Counted from the stretch's first letter, positions 9,292-19,801 are shown. The stretch: DNA of 64,000 nt from Candidatus Heimdallarchaeum aukensis (GCA_021513695.1 CP084166.1:1600001-1664000); one strand, 5' to 3'. Numbers and translations: made by a program. Notes: a model not told the origin generated them from the sequence alone.

Positions 9292-12200
9292 TAGTTGTGT
9301 ATTGAATAAATTTGGTTTTCTCTAGTAATGGAGTATATTGGACACCTTCCCCTTTGTAGAACTTGGAGAAAAATTCTACCCAATGCAACCTCAGTGTCTG
9401 TAAGAATGAGAACATTCCTTCAATAGGTACAATCACAACAAGTCCCCAAACAATGCCAACAATCCAATAAATCCAAGAGGTAGCTAAAGCAGAGACGTTA
9501 TGGGTATCAACACCAGCTAAAATATATGGAAGACCACTCAAAATTGCATGGACTAGTAACATAGCTAAGATACGGCTAAAGGATAGTGTGTTAGAGAATA
9601 GAGCAATAAGATGATCTATAGCTTCCATAATCCCCTCTGTTCCTTCATGGAGATATTCGAATAGGAAAACTAGAGGAATTGAAACTAAGGCAATAATTGT
9701 AAATATTGTAGAATAGGGTTTTGGAATACTAGGAAGTGCATTTCCACCGATAAGTCGTGAAGTAGCACCAGCACCCATTAAATTATACAATACTGCAAAA
9801 AGTCCTACGTAAAAAATGGAAAGTATAATTGGAGAAATCCATGAAGCTACACCGTGACCGTATTTTTTGTTTTGTATAAATCTTAACCAGATCCCAAGTT
9901 GTATAATTACAAAACCAATAGAAATGGAAAACAATAAGAACAATGGTACTTCTTTTGTAGGCTCAATCAAAGGCAACCATTCAATATGCAAAACGTTTTC
10001 ATAAATATCAGGTAGAAATACTTCATCACCTAGAAGTGCTCCAAATAGGAAACCAAAGATAATTGAAGAAAAACCAGAAAGAGCAAGTAACTCAGAACCT
10101 TTATACAGAAATCCAGACATTGATTCATCAGGTTCAATATTCTTTTTGTTTTTCTTATAAGTTAGAAACAATCCAATCAAGAAGAGAAGTATTCCATGTC
10201 CCACATCAGCGAACATTATACCAAATATCAAGGGAAAAGTAAATTGTATAATTTTGAAGGGGTCTACTTCATGAGTTGAAGGGATACCCATTCCATCAAC
10301 TATTCCTCGAAAAACTTTAGTAACCTTATTCCCATGTTTTGTCATTGAAGGATTCGTTAATGGTACTTTTTGTTTTTCAGACATAGTTATTGGAAAATCC
10401 AATTTTTCGGTTTCTTTCTTTAAGTCTTCAACCCTATCTTTAGGAACCCAACCCCAAATTGTTGTAGTGGTTTCATCAGTTTTACATTTTTCTTCTGTTT
10501 CCAACCTTTTAATTTCTGTTTCTATTAACTCTTCTAGTGCGAAGATTTTGTCTTCTACTTTCTCCCTAATTTCATCCAATTCATGTTCTTTATGTTCTAT
10601 TTCAGTTTGAAGATTCGTGAGCTGACTTTCAATAGATTCTGAAGATATCATGCTATAGTCAATAGATAACAGCTCAAAGGAATATTCTTCTAGAACTTGT
10701 TGTATAGACTTCTTATAATCTATTAGAGACAATATGTAGACAAAGACTGTGTCACTTTTTTCTGGTTGCTCAACCTCAATGAAAATTAATTGCCCATCAG
10801 AAACTTCATTTAGGAAAAACTTTACAGCCTTAACATTCTTTTTTGGGATATTCCCCAAAAAGGTACAAGTTTCAAAATCTGGATCATCCAAGTATGGTTT
10901 AACATCAGAGCTTAAATAGGAATAAATAGGGATATATGCTTCTAATTCTGTTTTCTTCGCTTTTAATTCTTTAAGTTCGGAACTAAGATTTTCTATTTTT
11001 TCTCCATAATCTGCAATAAATTGCTCAACAAAAGATATAGCTTCATCATAGTTATCTTTTACAGCAATCTTAGAATCAGATATTGCTGGAGGAATAGATA
11101 ATCCAAGGGCTTGTTTGTATCTGCTAATTTTGGAAGATAGTAAAGTAAAATTCTGTCTTTTTTGTTTTATGTCGTTTAAAATATCTTCTGACTGTCTTCC
11201 TATCTTTTCTTGATGAAGGATACCAGTGTTATGAATAAAGGAGATTAACTTACGTGTGTGCTCCTTTGGGACTTCCATTTTAACAAACTCTACATCCTTC
11301 GGAAATAAAGCTCCTCCCTTACTGTCACCTAAATGATGATAAGGAGGAATTTCTTTTTCAATTGTTTTTTCTTCTTTCAAAGTCAAAGAACCACGATCCT
11401 TGGAAATTTTTTTAGATTTTTTATATTTCAGAGGAACATCCCTCAATTGAGTGAGTTTAACAGGAAAAGGAAGCTCTTTGAGTTCCTTTTCGAGATTAAG
11501 ATAATCATTAGGTTTAATCCAACCCCAAAGGGTGAAATTAGTTTGAGTTGTTCGACCCTGTTCTAGAATATCAAATAACTCAAGCATGAGATTAATAAAA
11601 GTGAGAAAATGCAAAAGAGTTTCACGATGTTCATCACGCAATTCTGAAATTTGAGATAAAATTTCATCGTGCTTTTCGTGCAGAAAATCATGTACATTAG
11701 CTACTGTAAGCTTGCTAGTTTCTTCATCACTGAACATATCGGCAAAAACAGACAGTTCAAAATCTATTGAAGAAAAATAGAAATTTTCTAGAATAGTCAA
11801 AACTTCATCTTGATATTCCTGGGGGGTGAGAATAAAAACCAAACGAAAATCAGGGTTAGATGATTCAATACTCCAGAAGTAATAAAGACCTTTAGTTATC
11901 TCATCAATATAAAAGGAGATAACTTTCTTATACGAATGATGGATTTCTCCAACGATAGAAAAGGTGGAAGGCCCAGAAGAAAGTAAATCTAAAGGGATAT
12001 CACCAGTCTCAAACTTATGCCGAAAATAATGAAGTTTGTCGGCAATTAGATGCTTCTTTGTTAAAGAATGATTTTCTTCAAAAAGAGAGATAAGAGAAGT
12101 TTCATGTGTATCTAAGAAAGATTTTAGTTCGGAAAGAAATCTAGAAGCATCAAAAACATCAGAGTAGTTTTTTTCTGAATATGAATAAACATCAGAAAGA

Positions 12201-12406
12201 TCTAGACCTAGTTCTTGTGATATGGTAGTAAAACGCTTTAACAAATCAGAAAAAAGCTGGCGATTATCTTCAATTTTAGCCAATTCTGAAGGAGATTGAG
12301 TATCAATTTGAACAAAATCAAAACAATCTAAATAATGTAATTTGGATACAAGAGGAAGGGAGTCGGAGGGTGACACCTGAACCTTTGAAAGTACTCTTTT
12401 TGCCAT
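9278..12406 (-). CDS. atpI: A/V-type ATPase subunit I (a), unusually long with an internally duplicated cytoplasmic N-terminal domain
   Basis: The C-terminal membrane domain carries the conserved-arginine helix SFSRILAMLLVHAILSG (cf. R-L-W-A-L-S-L-A-H-A-Q-L-S), and the FPLIFGIMFADVGHG motif is present. Two copies of a coiled-coil/GW(I/V)(K/P) module (TLWGWIKPNDY around aa 292 and TIWGWVPKDRV around aa 643) give 1042 aa versus the usual 650-700. Confidence 0.8.
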   Translation of the reverse strand: MAKRVLSKVQVSPSDSLPLVSKLHYLDCFDFVQIDTQSPSELAKIEDNRQLFSDLLKRFTTISQELGLDLSDVYSYSEKNYSDVFDASRFLSELKSFLDTHETSLISLFEENHSLTKKHLIADKLHYFRHKFETGDIPLDLLSSGPSTFSIVGEIHHSYKKVISFYIDEITKGLYYFWSIESSNPDFRLVFILTPQEYQDEVLTILENFYFSSIDFELSVFADMFSDEETSKLTVANVHDFLHEKHDEILSQISELRDEHRETLLHFLTFINLMLELFDILEQGRTTQTNFTLWGWIKPNDYLNLEKELKELPFPVKLTQLRDVPLKYKKSKKISKDRGSLTLKEEKTIEKEIPPYHHLGDSKGGALFPKDVEFVKMEVPKEHTRKLISFIHNTGILHQEKIGRQSEDILNDIKQKRQNFTLLSSKISRYKQALGLSIPPAISDSKIAVKDNYDEAISFVEQFIADYGEKIENLSSELKELKAKKTELEAYIPIYSYLSSDVKPYLDDPDFETCTFLGNIPKKNVKAVKFFLNEVSDGQLIFIEVEQPEKSDTVFVYILSLIDYKKSIQQVLEEYSFELLSIDYSMISSESIESQLTNLQTEIEHKEHELDEIREKVEDKIFALEELIETEIKRLETEEKCKTDETTTTIWGWVPKDRVEDLKKETEKLDFPITMSEKQKVPLTNPSMTKHGNKVTKVFRGIVDGMGIPSTHEVDPFKIIQFTFPLIFGIMFADVGHGILLFLIGLFLTYKKNKKNIEPDESMSGFLYKGSELLALSGFSSIIFGFLFGALLGDEVFLPDIYENVLHIEWLPLIEPTKEVPLFLLFSISIGFVIIQLGIWLRFIQNKKYGHGVASWISPIILSIFYVGLFAVLYNLMGAGATSRLIGGNALPSIPKPYSTIFTIIALVSIPLVFLFEYLHEGTEGIMEAIDHLIALFSNTLSFSRILAMLLVHAILSGLPYILAGVDTHNVSALATSWIYWIVGIVWGLVVIVPIEGMFSFLQTLRLHWVEFFSKFYKGEGVQYTPLLEKTKFIQYTTIAGE

Positions 12407-12867
12407 TAATTTCTCACCAGAATAGTAAGCAAGAACAATTTTAAAATCTTCCTACTGAACATAAGACAAAAAAAATAGTGAGCTTGTTACTAAAAAATAT
12501 GAGAAAATATTGGAGAAGAAACAAGAAAGAGAAGAATGAACTACAAAAACAAAGAAGAGAGTTAAAAAATTAAAAAAGAGATTTGAAAAAAGAATTGTTT
12601 GGTTTAAAAACCAGTGAAATTTTTCAATTTTATTCGAGAATAATTATTTTCAAATGGAAAAACAGTAAAAAAGAGAAACAATAACAGATATGCAAATAAT
12701 CAAAAAACAAAAGATGGAAGAAGGATTCATTTAAAAAGAATGACCTAAGAATAACAAAAAGTTTAATAACTTTCTAAAGGTAACTAAGGTCAGTAACCAA
12801 ATAGGTTAGATTTGTAAAAACAAGTCGAAAAAAATTTGAAAAAAACCAAACAATAGGTGAAAAATTT

Positions 12868-14004
12868 ATGGAAGAAATAGTATCTGATAAACCGTTGGTA
12901 ATAGACAACGGAACAGGATTCACAAAAAATGGATTCGCAGGAGAAGATCAACCAAGAAGTGTGTTCCCAACGCTAATAGGTTATCCAAAATACCAAATAA
13001 TAATGACTGATGTTGAACATTACGTAAGAGAATACTATATAGGAGAAGAAGCACTAAACTTGAGAGGAGTGCTCAAACTAGTATACCCAATAGAACATGG
13101 TCAAATAGGTGACTGGGACGCCATGGAAAGAATCTGGCATTACACCTTCTATAACGACCTTAGAGTTAATCCTAACGAGCATCCTATTTTGCTCACCGAA
13201 CCTCCTCTTAACAAGAATGTCAACAAGGAAAAGATGGCCGAATTAATGTTTGATACCTTTAATGTTCCTGCTATGTATATTAGCATGCAAGCTATTCTTT
13301 CGCTTTATGCTTCTGGTCGTACTACAGGTATTGTAGTCGACAGTGGTGATGGTGTTACACACATCGTTCCTGTTTACGAAGGTTTTGCAATTAGTCATGC
13401 TATTCGCAGAGCTGATATTGGTGGTCGTGATATTACTGACTATCTACGTCGTCTATTAAGACAAAGAGGATATTCCTTAACCAGCAGTGCAGAACGAGAA
13501 ATTGTTCGTGACATTAAGGAACGTCTTTGTTACGTAGCTTTAGATCCTGAAAAAGAACTCAAACTTGCTGAGAAAGTTTCTGGTATGGAAAAGACTTACA
13601 CCTTGCCAGATGGTGAAACTCTAAGCATTGGCGCTGAGCGCTTTATGGCTCCTGAATTGTTCTTCAATCCTGGTGCCATCGGTTCTGAAGAACTTCCTTT
13701 GGATGAACAGATCTATCAAGCTATCACTGATTGTGATGTCGATCTTCGTAGAGATCTTTATTCCAACATTGTTCTTTCTGGTGGATCCACCATGTTCCCA
13801 GGTTTGAAGGAGAGATTACACAAGGAACTTACTGAACTAGTCCCCGAAACTATGGAGGTTAAGATTATCGCTCCACCAGAACGTCGTTACAGTGTTTGGA
13901 TAGGAGGAAGCATCCTCAGTAGTCTTAAGACCTTTACCAAACTTTGGGTGACTAAGAAAGAGTATAAAGAAACTGGTCCTACCGCAGTTTATCGTTGTAT
14001 CTAA
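12868..14004 (+). CDS. actin (eukaryote-like, Asgard 'Lokiactin'-type)
   Basis: The protein aligns along its whole length to eukaryotic actin. Matching blocks include [84 protein letters not shown] and [19 protein letters not shown]. Confidence 0.95.
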   Translation: MEEIVSDKPLVIDNGTGFTKNGFAGEDQPRSVFPTLIGYPKYQIIMTDVEHYVREYYIGEEALNLRGVLKLVYPIEHGQIGDWDAMERIWHYTFYNDLRVNPNEHPILLTEPPLNKNVNKEKMAELMFDTFNVPAMYISMQAILSLYASGRTTGIVVDSGDGVTHIVPVYEGFAISHAIRRADIGGRDITDYLRRLLRQRGYSLTSSAEREIVRDIKERLCYVALDPEKELKLAEKVSGMEKTYTLPDGETLSIGAERFMAPELFFNPGAIGSEELPLDEQIYQAITDCDVDLRRDLYSNIVLSGGSTMFPGLKERLHKELTELVPETMEVKIIAPPERRYSVWIGGSILSSLKTFTKLWVTKKEYKETGPTAVYRCI

Positions 14005-14029
14005 TTTAACTTGATTGAAATTTATTTAA

Positions 14030-14085
14030 TTCAATCTTTTTTCTTCATTTTTGTGTTTTTCTGTTTTTCTTTTTTCCTATTGGTA
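14030..14085 (+). terminator. T-rich tract downstream of actin (probable archaeal oligo-T terminator)
   Basis: Multiple T5-T7 runs lie within 80 nt after the actin stop. Confidence 0.4.
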
Positions 14086-14185
14086 AAGTCTTTTCTTCAA
14101 TATTCTCAAATTTTTTTCATTAATTTTTATCGGGTTGAGAAAACTTTATTTTATTCTTTGAGTATACATTCTTTTAGGGGGTATA

Positions 14186-15124
14186 TTGTTGGACGTCAAT
14201 TTACTCAGATCTTATTTATCTGAGCCTAACTATCGCGCTGTTTTATCGGAGATTATACATTCCCATCGTAGCCGTTCTATTGACGAACTTTCTTCTCTTT
14301 TTCCTTCTTTAACTAGTAACTACTCTTTAACTAAAATTTTGAAGAAGTTTGTAGATATAGGTATTATTAAAAGCAAGAAAATTTCCCTTGGTTCTCAAGA
14401 GCGTGAATTTTATTTTCCCAATCGGGAACTTTTACGAAGTAATTTTTATCAAGATTTGCTTTTAGAATATGAAGATCTAAATTATCCAGCCAAACTAGAT
14501 CTGGAATTTACTTATCTTTGGGAAGATTGGCCTCAGTGCCTTGTTGATAATGGTTCTTTAACCCTGTATATTGTCACCAGTACTTATTTACCTGAAAATG
14601 TAGATATTTCACACCTAACAAAGCTTCTTACTGTTTGGGCTTTAAAATATGCAAAACTATCTATTGAAAACATTCATATTTCTAATATTGTTGATATTAA
14701 AGCAACACCAGTTAAAACTAATAATCTAATAGTTATTGGTTCTGGAGAAGTCAACAAGGTTACTGCCGATATTTTATCTCTTTATGGTGACTCTTTACCT
14801 ATTCGTTTTCAATCTAAATCAATATATAGTTCCTTGACTTCCAAAAATTATTCTTCTACAAAAGGTTCTATTGTAGGTTTACTTCCAAATCCCTGGAATC
14901 CTAGCAAAATTGCTTTAATCTGTTCTAGTATGAGTTATTTTGGAACTAATATTTCACTTAAAGCTTTAATTGATGATCTTGATTCAATTATCCATCAAGA
15001 ACCCAGAATTTTATCTAATCACTCTGTTTATTCTGAAATCCCCATTCGTGTTCTTGCATCAGAAGAAAACAACAAGAATAAAGAAAAACTTGAAGGACTG
15101 AAATCTTACACTTTCAAAGAATGA
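14186..15124 (+). CDS. hypothetical protein, possible N-terminal winged-helix; TTG start
   Basis: This is a 312-aa ORF with no internal Met for about 250 residues. The N-terminal region (SIDELSSLFPSLTSNYSLTKILKKFVDIGIIKSKK) looks wHTH-like. No recognisable catalytic motifs. Confidence 0.35.
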   Translation: MLDVNLLRSYLSEPNYRAVLSEIIHSHRSRSIDELSSLFPSLTSNYSLTKILKKFVDIGIIKSKKISLGSQEREFYFPNRELLRSNFYQDLLLEYEDLNYPAKLDLEFTYLWEDWPQCLVDNGSLTLYIVTSTYLPENVDISHLTKLLTVWALKYAKLSIENIHISNIVDIKATPVKTNNLIVIGSGEVNKVTADILSLYGDSLPIRFQSKSIYSSLTSKNYSSTKGSIVGLLPNPWNPSKIALICSSMSYFGTNISLKALIDDLDSIIHQEPRILSNHSVYSEIPIRVLASEENNKNKEKLEGLKSYTFKE

Positions 15125-15148
15125 CTTCTATGATACTGTTCAAATATA

Positions 15149-15161
15149 CCCCCCTTTTTTT
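15149..15161 (+). terminator. C-run followed by T7 (intrinsic-type terminator signal between convergent genes)
   Basis: The sequence is cccccc then ttttttt, located 25 nt after the stop at 15124. Confidence 0.4.
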
Positions 15162-15269
15162 ACTATTTCTGCTTTCTTCTTCATATTTTAATTTTCTATT
15201 AAATAATGTAAATCTTAAAGAGGGTTTATAAAAAAAGAGAAACTGAAGTTAACATTTTTAGTTATTTGT

Positions 15270-16058
15270 TCATTTTCCTACATTAACTTCCAGCTTTGGT
15301 AGTTCACCTATTTTCAGTGAAACTATATCCCCCAAATTTATTTTTCCTACTCCCTCAGGTGTTCCTGTTGCAATAATATCTCCTGGCTCTAAAGTCATCA
15401 CTTCTGAGACATATTCTATCATTCTTTCTGGTGGAAAAATCATTTTCTTCGTGTTACTATTTTGTTTTAATTCTCCGTTTACAAATGTTTGAATACTTAA
15501 GTTTTTTACTCGAGTAGTCAAGTCTATCCACGGGCCTAAAGGTCCAAAGGTGTCGAACCCTTTCGCTCTTGTCCACAATCTATCTTTTTTCTGTAAATCT
15601 CTAGCAGTTATATCCAAAAAACCAGTCCAAGCATAATAATCTTCTGGCCATTGTGCTATATCTTCTGCTTTTTCACCTCTTATTTTTCTTCTTATTACTA
15701 GAGCTAGCTCCCCTTCAAAATCCACATGGTTTGACAAAGAAGGATAAATTATTCTTCCCTTGTGAGGAAGTAGAGAACTTGGAGGTTTTAAAAAGATTAT
15801 TGGCTCTTCTGGTACTTCATTACCCAATTCTTTTGCGTGTTCACTATAATTTCTTCCTACACAAACAATTTTTGTTGGAGTTATTGGAATATCAATTTTT
15901 ACCTTTTCTATCTCAATGCCTATTGGATCAAGGTCTATCTCTTCGTGATTTTTTAAGACTTCCTCAATAGGAGATAATATTTCATACACTTTTTCCTCTT
16001 TTTGATCAAATAGCACGTTAAATTTTCTATTTTTATAAATGACCTTTCCTATTAACAA
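15270..16058 (-). CDS. fumarylacetoacetate hydrolase (FAH) family protein
   Basis: VGRNYSEHAKELG, the DFEGELALVI metal-binding block and the TGTPEGVG C-terminal motif are present. Confidence 0.75.
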   Translation of the reverse strand: MLIGKVIYKNRKFNVLFDQKEEKVYEILSPIEEVLKNHEEIDLDPIGIEIEKVKIDIPITPTKIVCVGRNYSEHAKELGNEVPEEPIIFLKPPSSLLPHKGRIIYPSLSNHVDFEGELALVIRRKIRGEKAEDIAQWPEDYYAWTGFLDITARDLQKKDRLWTRAKGFDTFGPLGPWIDLTTRVKNLSIQTFVNGELKQNSNTKKMIFPPERMIEYVSEVMTLEPGDIIATGTPEGVGKINLGDIVSLKIGELPKLEVNVGK

Positions 16059-16079
16059 AATAATCCCTTTTTTACTTTT

Positions 16080-17636
16080 TCATTTTTTATGTTTTGTTTT
16101 CTCTTTATTTTTTGTTTTAAATAATTCAAACTTTTCTGGTCGTAATAACATATAAGTTAGCATTCCAATTACTATCATTAATGCTGCAATATAAAAGGTT
16201 ACTCTGTATGAATAAGCATCAGAATTTCCCCCTGAACTTATCCAGTTAGCTATTTTTTGTGAGAACAGAAAGGCAACAATTACAGAAAACACAAAAGAGA
16301 TACTAAAGGATGACATCTGAATACCTTTTGTTTTATTTAACTTGAAATAAGAAATAAAGAATGTAGCTAACCACATACATACGCTTACAATGAAGAATCC
16401 AACATATATTGAAAGAGTCACTAGATTTACGTCAACTATGCTATCTGCAACTGGGCCAGTTATTAATGTCCCCCCTAATCCCCATGACAAATAAAAAGCG
16501 GCATTATAGTAGCCCATCATTTTCCCTCTTATTTCAAGTGGGATAATCTTCGTTATCATTGAATAAGAGATAGTCTGTATCCACACCCTAGATAATCCTA
16601 AAAGAGCCATATAAACAAAGATAAGTACAATAGACGGTGCAAAAGGTAGAATTAATGTTCCAATAAACAAAAAACTAAATCCAACTAACAATAGTGTATG
16701 ATCACTGAAATGTTTAGTTAAAAAACCAACAAGTAATCCACCAATTATTATTGCAATACTACTTGTATTTCTTAATTGAGCAACAATTACATCTGAAGCA
16801 GCAAAAGTTGACGGTAATCTTATGTAAATACTTACCATTTGATTAATGCTATTTCCTCCAATATTTACAATTCCAAGAACTACTAAAATCCACACAAATA
16901 ATTGCCATTCCCAACGTATTTTTTGAGGATTCTCGACAGTGTTATTTTTTCCTTTATTCTCCATACCCTCTTCATTTTTATTCAAAATCGCGTTGTTAAT
17001 TGGCACTACACCACTATCTTCCAGTTCAGCATAAGATTCAGGTATAAGGAACAAGGCTATAATACTGAAAACCATTATTCCTGAAGAAATAAAAAACAGA
17101 TTTCCATTGGAAAATCCCTCTCCACCTAAGTATAAAAATCCACTCGCTGTAACGCCCAATATATTTCCTATTCCTCCAATAAATTGGAGTCTACCCATTA
17201 TTTTTCCTCTTTCAGTTTCTTTTGTTAGATCTGCAATTAATGCAGTCCACCCTAGGTTACTACTACTCCATCCAGCTTCTATTATTGTGAAACCTATGAT
17301 TATTGTATAAGCTGCTGCATGAAGACTCTTGTTTATGGCCATGTTCTTGTGAATGAAATAAACTACAATATAGCCCACAGCGGCGTATAATTCTCCAAAA
17401 ATAATTAATAATCTCCTTTTTTGGAATTTGTCAGAGATTCTCCCCCAAACTGCTGATTGAGTTAAAATGTTAGCAACCATTGGCAATGTTGCATAAAGTG
17501 TCATTTCTGTGTTACTTACACCCAGATTCTCTTTCAAATATATACTTAGAAAAAAATAGAAGATTCCTCTCCTAAACATAGCCATTATCTGAAATATAGA
17601 CAAGCTTACAAAATGCTTATTTCTCAAAGGTTTCAC
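16080..17636 (-). CDS. MFS transporter
   Basis: About 12 predicted TM segments are split by a hydrophilic loop in 518 aa. Composition is typical of MFS. The real start may be internal (MAMFRRG). Confidence 0.65.
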   Translation of the reverse strand: MKPLRNKHFVSLSIFQIMAMFRRGIFYFFLSIYLKENLGVSNTEMTLYATLPMVANILTQSAVWGRISDKFQKRRLLIIFGELYAAVGYIVVYFIHKNMAINKSLHAAAYTIIIGFTIIEAGWSSSNLGWTALIADLTKETERGKIMGRLQFIGGIGNILGVTASGFLYLGGEGFSNGNLFFISSGIMVFSIIALFLIPESYAELEDSGVVPINNAILNKNEEGMENKGKNNTVENPQKIRWEWQLFVWILVVLGIVNIGGNSINQMVSIYIRLPSTFAASDVIVAQLRNTSSIAIIIGGLLVGFLTKHFSDHTLLLVGFSFLFIGTLILPFAPSIVLIFVYMALLGLSRVWIQTISYSMITKIIPLEIRGKMMGYYNAAFYLSWGLGGTLITGPVADSIVDVNLVTLSIYVGFFIVSVCMWLATFFISYFKLNKTKGIQMSSFSISFVFSVIVAFLFSQKIANWISSGGNSDAYSYRVTFYIAALMIVIGMLTYMLLRPEKFELFKTKNKEKTKHKK

Positions 17637-17875
17637 TCCAAGGAATAATTTACTTTTCGTCGTTTTGCTTTTTTTTGTAACGAATAAATAGTTTGTGTTT
17701 TGCCTATTTTTGTAATAAAAAAATTAAGTTAAAGTAAACTTTTTTATATCGGTGCAATTTTCCTCTTTTGAGGACAATGAATCCTGGTGAATATGAAACA
17801 ATACAGTAAAATGCTTTCTTTTGGTTTAGTAGTTTATCTTTGTCCTCTTGGGAAAAAATGTTTTAAGGTGGAAAG

Positions 17876-19801
17876 ATGGTAGAAGTAAAAGTAAAATTAC
17901 CTGATAACAACGAGATTACCATTGAAAAGGGTAAAACAGTATTGGATTTAGCCAATAAAATAAGCCCTAATTTAGCAAAAGCATCTTTAGCAGCAAAAGT
18001 AGATGATAAATTAGTGGATCTTACTTACCCAATTGAACAAGATTGCAAAGTAGAATTAATTACAGCCAGATCAGATGAAGCTTTTCATATTCTAAATCAC
18101 AGTGCGGCTCACGTATTAGCTAGTGCTGTCGTCGAATTGTTTCCTGAAGCGAAGCCAACTATTGGACCCTCTGTTGATGAGGGATTTTATTACGATTTCG
18201 AGGTAAAAAAGCCCTTTTCTCAAGAGGATTTGGAAAAAATAGAAAAGAAAATGATAGAGATAATAGAAGAAGATACTCCGTTTATTAGAGAAGAAGTTCC
18301 AATTCAAGAAGCCATTAAGTACTATAAAACAGTTGAAAAAAACAAATTCAAAGTAGAAATATTGGAAGAGATGCCAGATGTTGGCACCGTTTCTTTTTAC
18401 TCTCATCGAAACGGTAAATTCAAAGATCTTTGTAGAGGACCACATGTTCCATCAACGAAAAAAATTAAAGCTGTAAAAGTGTTAAACGCTTCTTCTGCAT
18501 TCTGGAGAGGAGATGCAAAAAGAGAATCTCTTCAACGAGTATATGGTATTGCTTTTACTGACGCTAAAAAACTAAAGAAGCACTTGAAAATGCTTGAAGA
18601 AGCAAAGAAACGTGATCATAGAATTTTAGGTCCTCAACTTGACCTATTCGATACTGCAGATGAATGGGGGCCTGGGATGCCATTAATCTATCCTAAAGGC
18701 ACAATCCTTCTAGATACAATCAAAGAGTTTTGGAAAAAAGAACACAAAAAAGCAGGGTATAAGGTTGTTCAAACTCCTCATCTGTTCAAAGAGATAGTTT
18801 GGAAAACGAGTGGGCATCTAGACTACTACATTGAAAACATGTATCCAGTTGACGCTAGAGGTGAACGTTGGTATGTTAAACCTATGAATTGTCCAGGACA
18901 TATGATGATCTTTAATAGAAAAACATATTCCTACAGAGAATTACCTGAAAAAATTGCAGAAATGGGTACTGTATATAGATACGAACTTTCAGGAGTACTT
19001 CATGGTTTATTCAGAATTCGAGGTTTTACCCAAGATGATAGTCACATTTTCATGCTTCCGGAGCAACTAGAAGACGAGATAGTAAAGATTATTGAAATGG
19101 TTAATCATTTTTATAAAGTGTTTGGATTCAAAGAGTGGGAATTTTTCATTAGTACAAGACCAGAGAAGTCTATTGGAACTGACGAAGGCTGGGAACACGC
19201 CACCAAATCTTTAATGAATGCTATAGAAAGAGTTGGAATCAAATACAAGGTTAAGCAAGGAGATGGAGCTTTCTATGGACCAAAGATTGATGTTGATGTT
19301 AAAGATGCAATTGGAAGACGTTGGCAATTAGCAACTATACAAGTAGATTTTAACTTACCTGAGAGATTTGATATAAATTACATAGGAGAAGATGGTCAAA
19401 AACATAGACCATTTGTTATTCACAGAGTCATATACGGTGCCTTAGAACGGTTTTTAGCTATATTAGTCGAGCATTATGCAGGAAAATTGCCAATATGGTT
19501 GAGCCCTGTACAAGCAATTGTTATTCCTATTACTGATGAACATATAGAATATGCAAAAATGGTTGCAACGGCACTTGATAATGAAGGAATTAGAGCAGAA
19601 GCTGATCTTTCTGGAGAGCGAATGGAGTACAAAATAAGACAAGCTACTCTTCAAAAAATACCTTACATTATTAACGTTGGTGGAAAAGAAATAGAGAACA
19701 ACACTATAGCTGTTCGTGATCGAACAAATAAAGTAAGATTTGGCGTTAAGATTGAAGAATTCGTTAAAGAAGTCAAAGAAAAAATAGCAAATTATGAATA
19801 A
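17876..19801 (+). CDS. thrS: threonyl-tRNA synthetase
   Basis: An N-terminal TGS-like domain is followed by a class II core (FRIRGFTQDDSHIF, HRVIYGALERF). The protein is 641 aa. Confidence 0.9.
   Translation: MVEVKVKLPDNNEITIEKGKTVLDLANKISPNLAKASLAAKVDDKLVDLTYPIEQDCKVELITARSDEAFHILNHSAAHVLASAVVELFPEAKPTIGPSVDEGFYYDFEVKKPFSQEDLEKIEKKMIEIIEEDTPFIREEVPIQEAIKYYKTVEKNKFKVEILEEMPDVGTVSFYSHRNGKFKDLCRGPHVPSTKKIKAVKVLNASSAFWRGDAKRESLQRVYGIAFTDAKKLKKHLKMLEEAKKRDHRILGPQLDLFDTADEWGPGMPLIYPKGTILLDTIKEFWKKEHKKAGYKVVQTPHLFKEIVWKTSGHLDYYIENMYPVDARGERWYVKPMNCPGHMMIFNRKTYSYRELPEKIAEMGTVYRYELSGVLHGLFRIRGFTQDDSHIFMLPEQLEDEIVKIIEMVNHFYKVFGFKEWEFFISTRPEKSIGTDEGWEHATKSLMNAIERVGIKYKVKQGDGAFYGPKIDVDVKDAIGRRWQLATIQVDFNLPERFDINYIGEDGQKHRPFVIHRVIYGALERFLAILVEHYAGKLPIWLSPVQAIVIPITDEHIEYAKMVATALDNEGIRAEADLSGERMEYKIRQATLQKIPYIINVGGKEIENNTIAVRDRTNKVRFGVKIEEFVKEVKEKIANYE

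Noticed and set aside
9278-12406. Intein as explanation for the oversized subunit I
   Set aside because: There is no Cys/Ser-...-HN splice junction pattern and no LAGLIDADG or HNH endonuclease block. The extra sequence instead repeats the protein's own N-terminal domain.
14011-14223. 70-aa + strand ORF after actin
   Set aside because: It lies in the T-rich terminator region, is poly-Phe/Ile, and runs into the start of the next gene.
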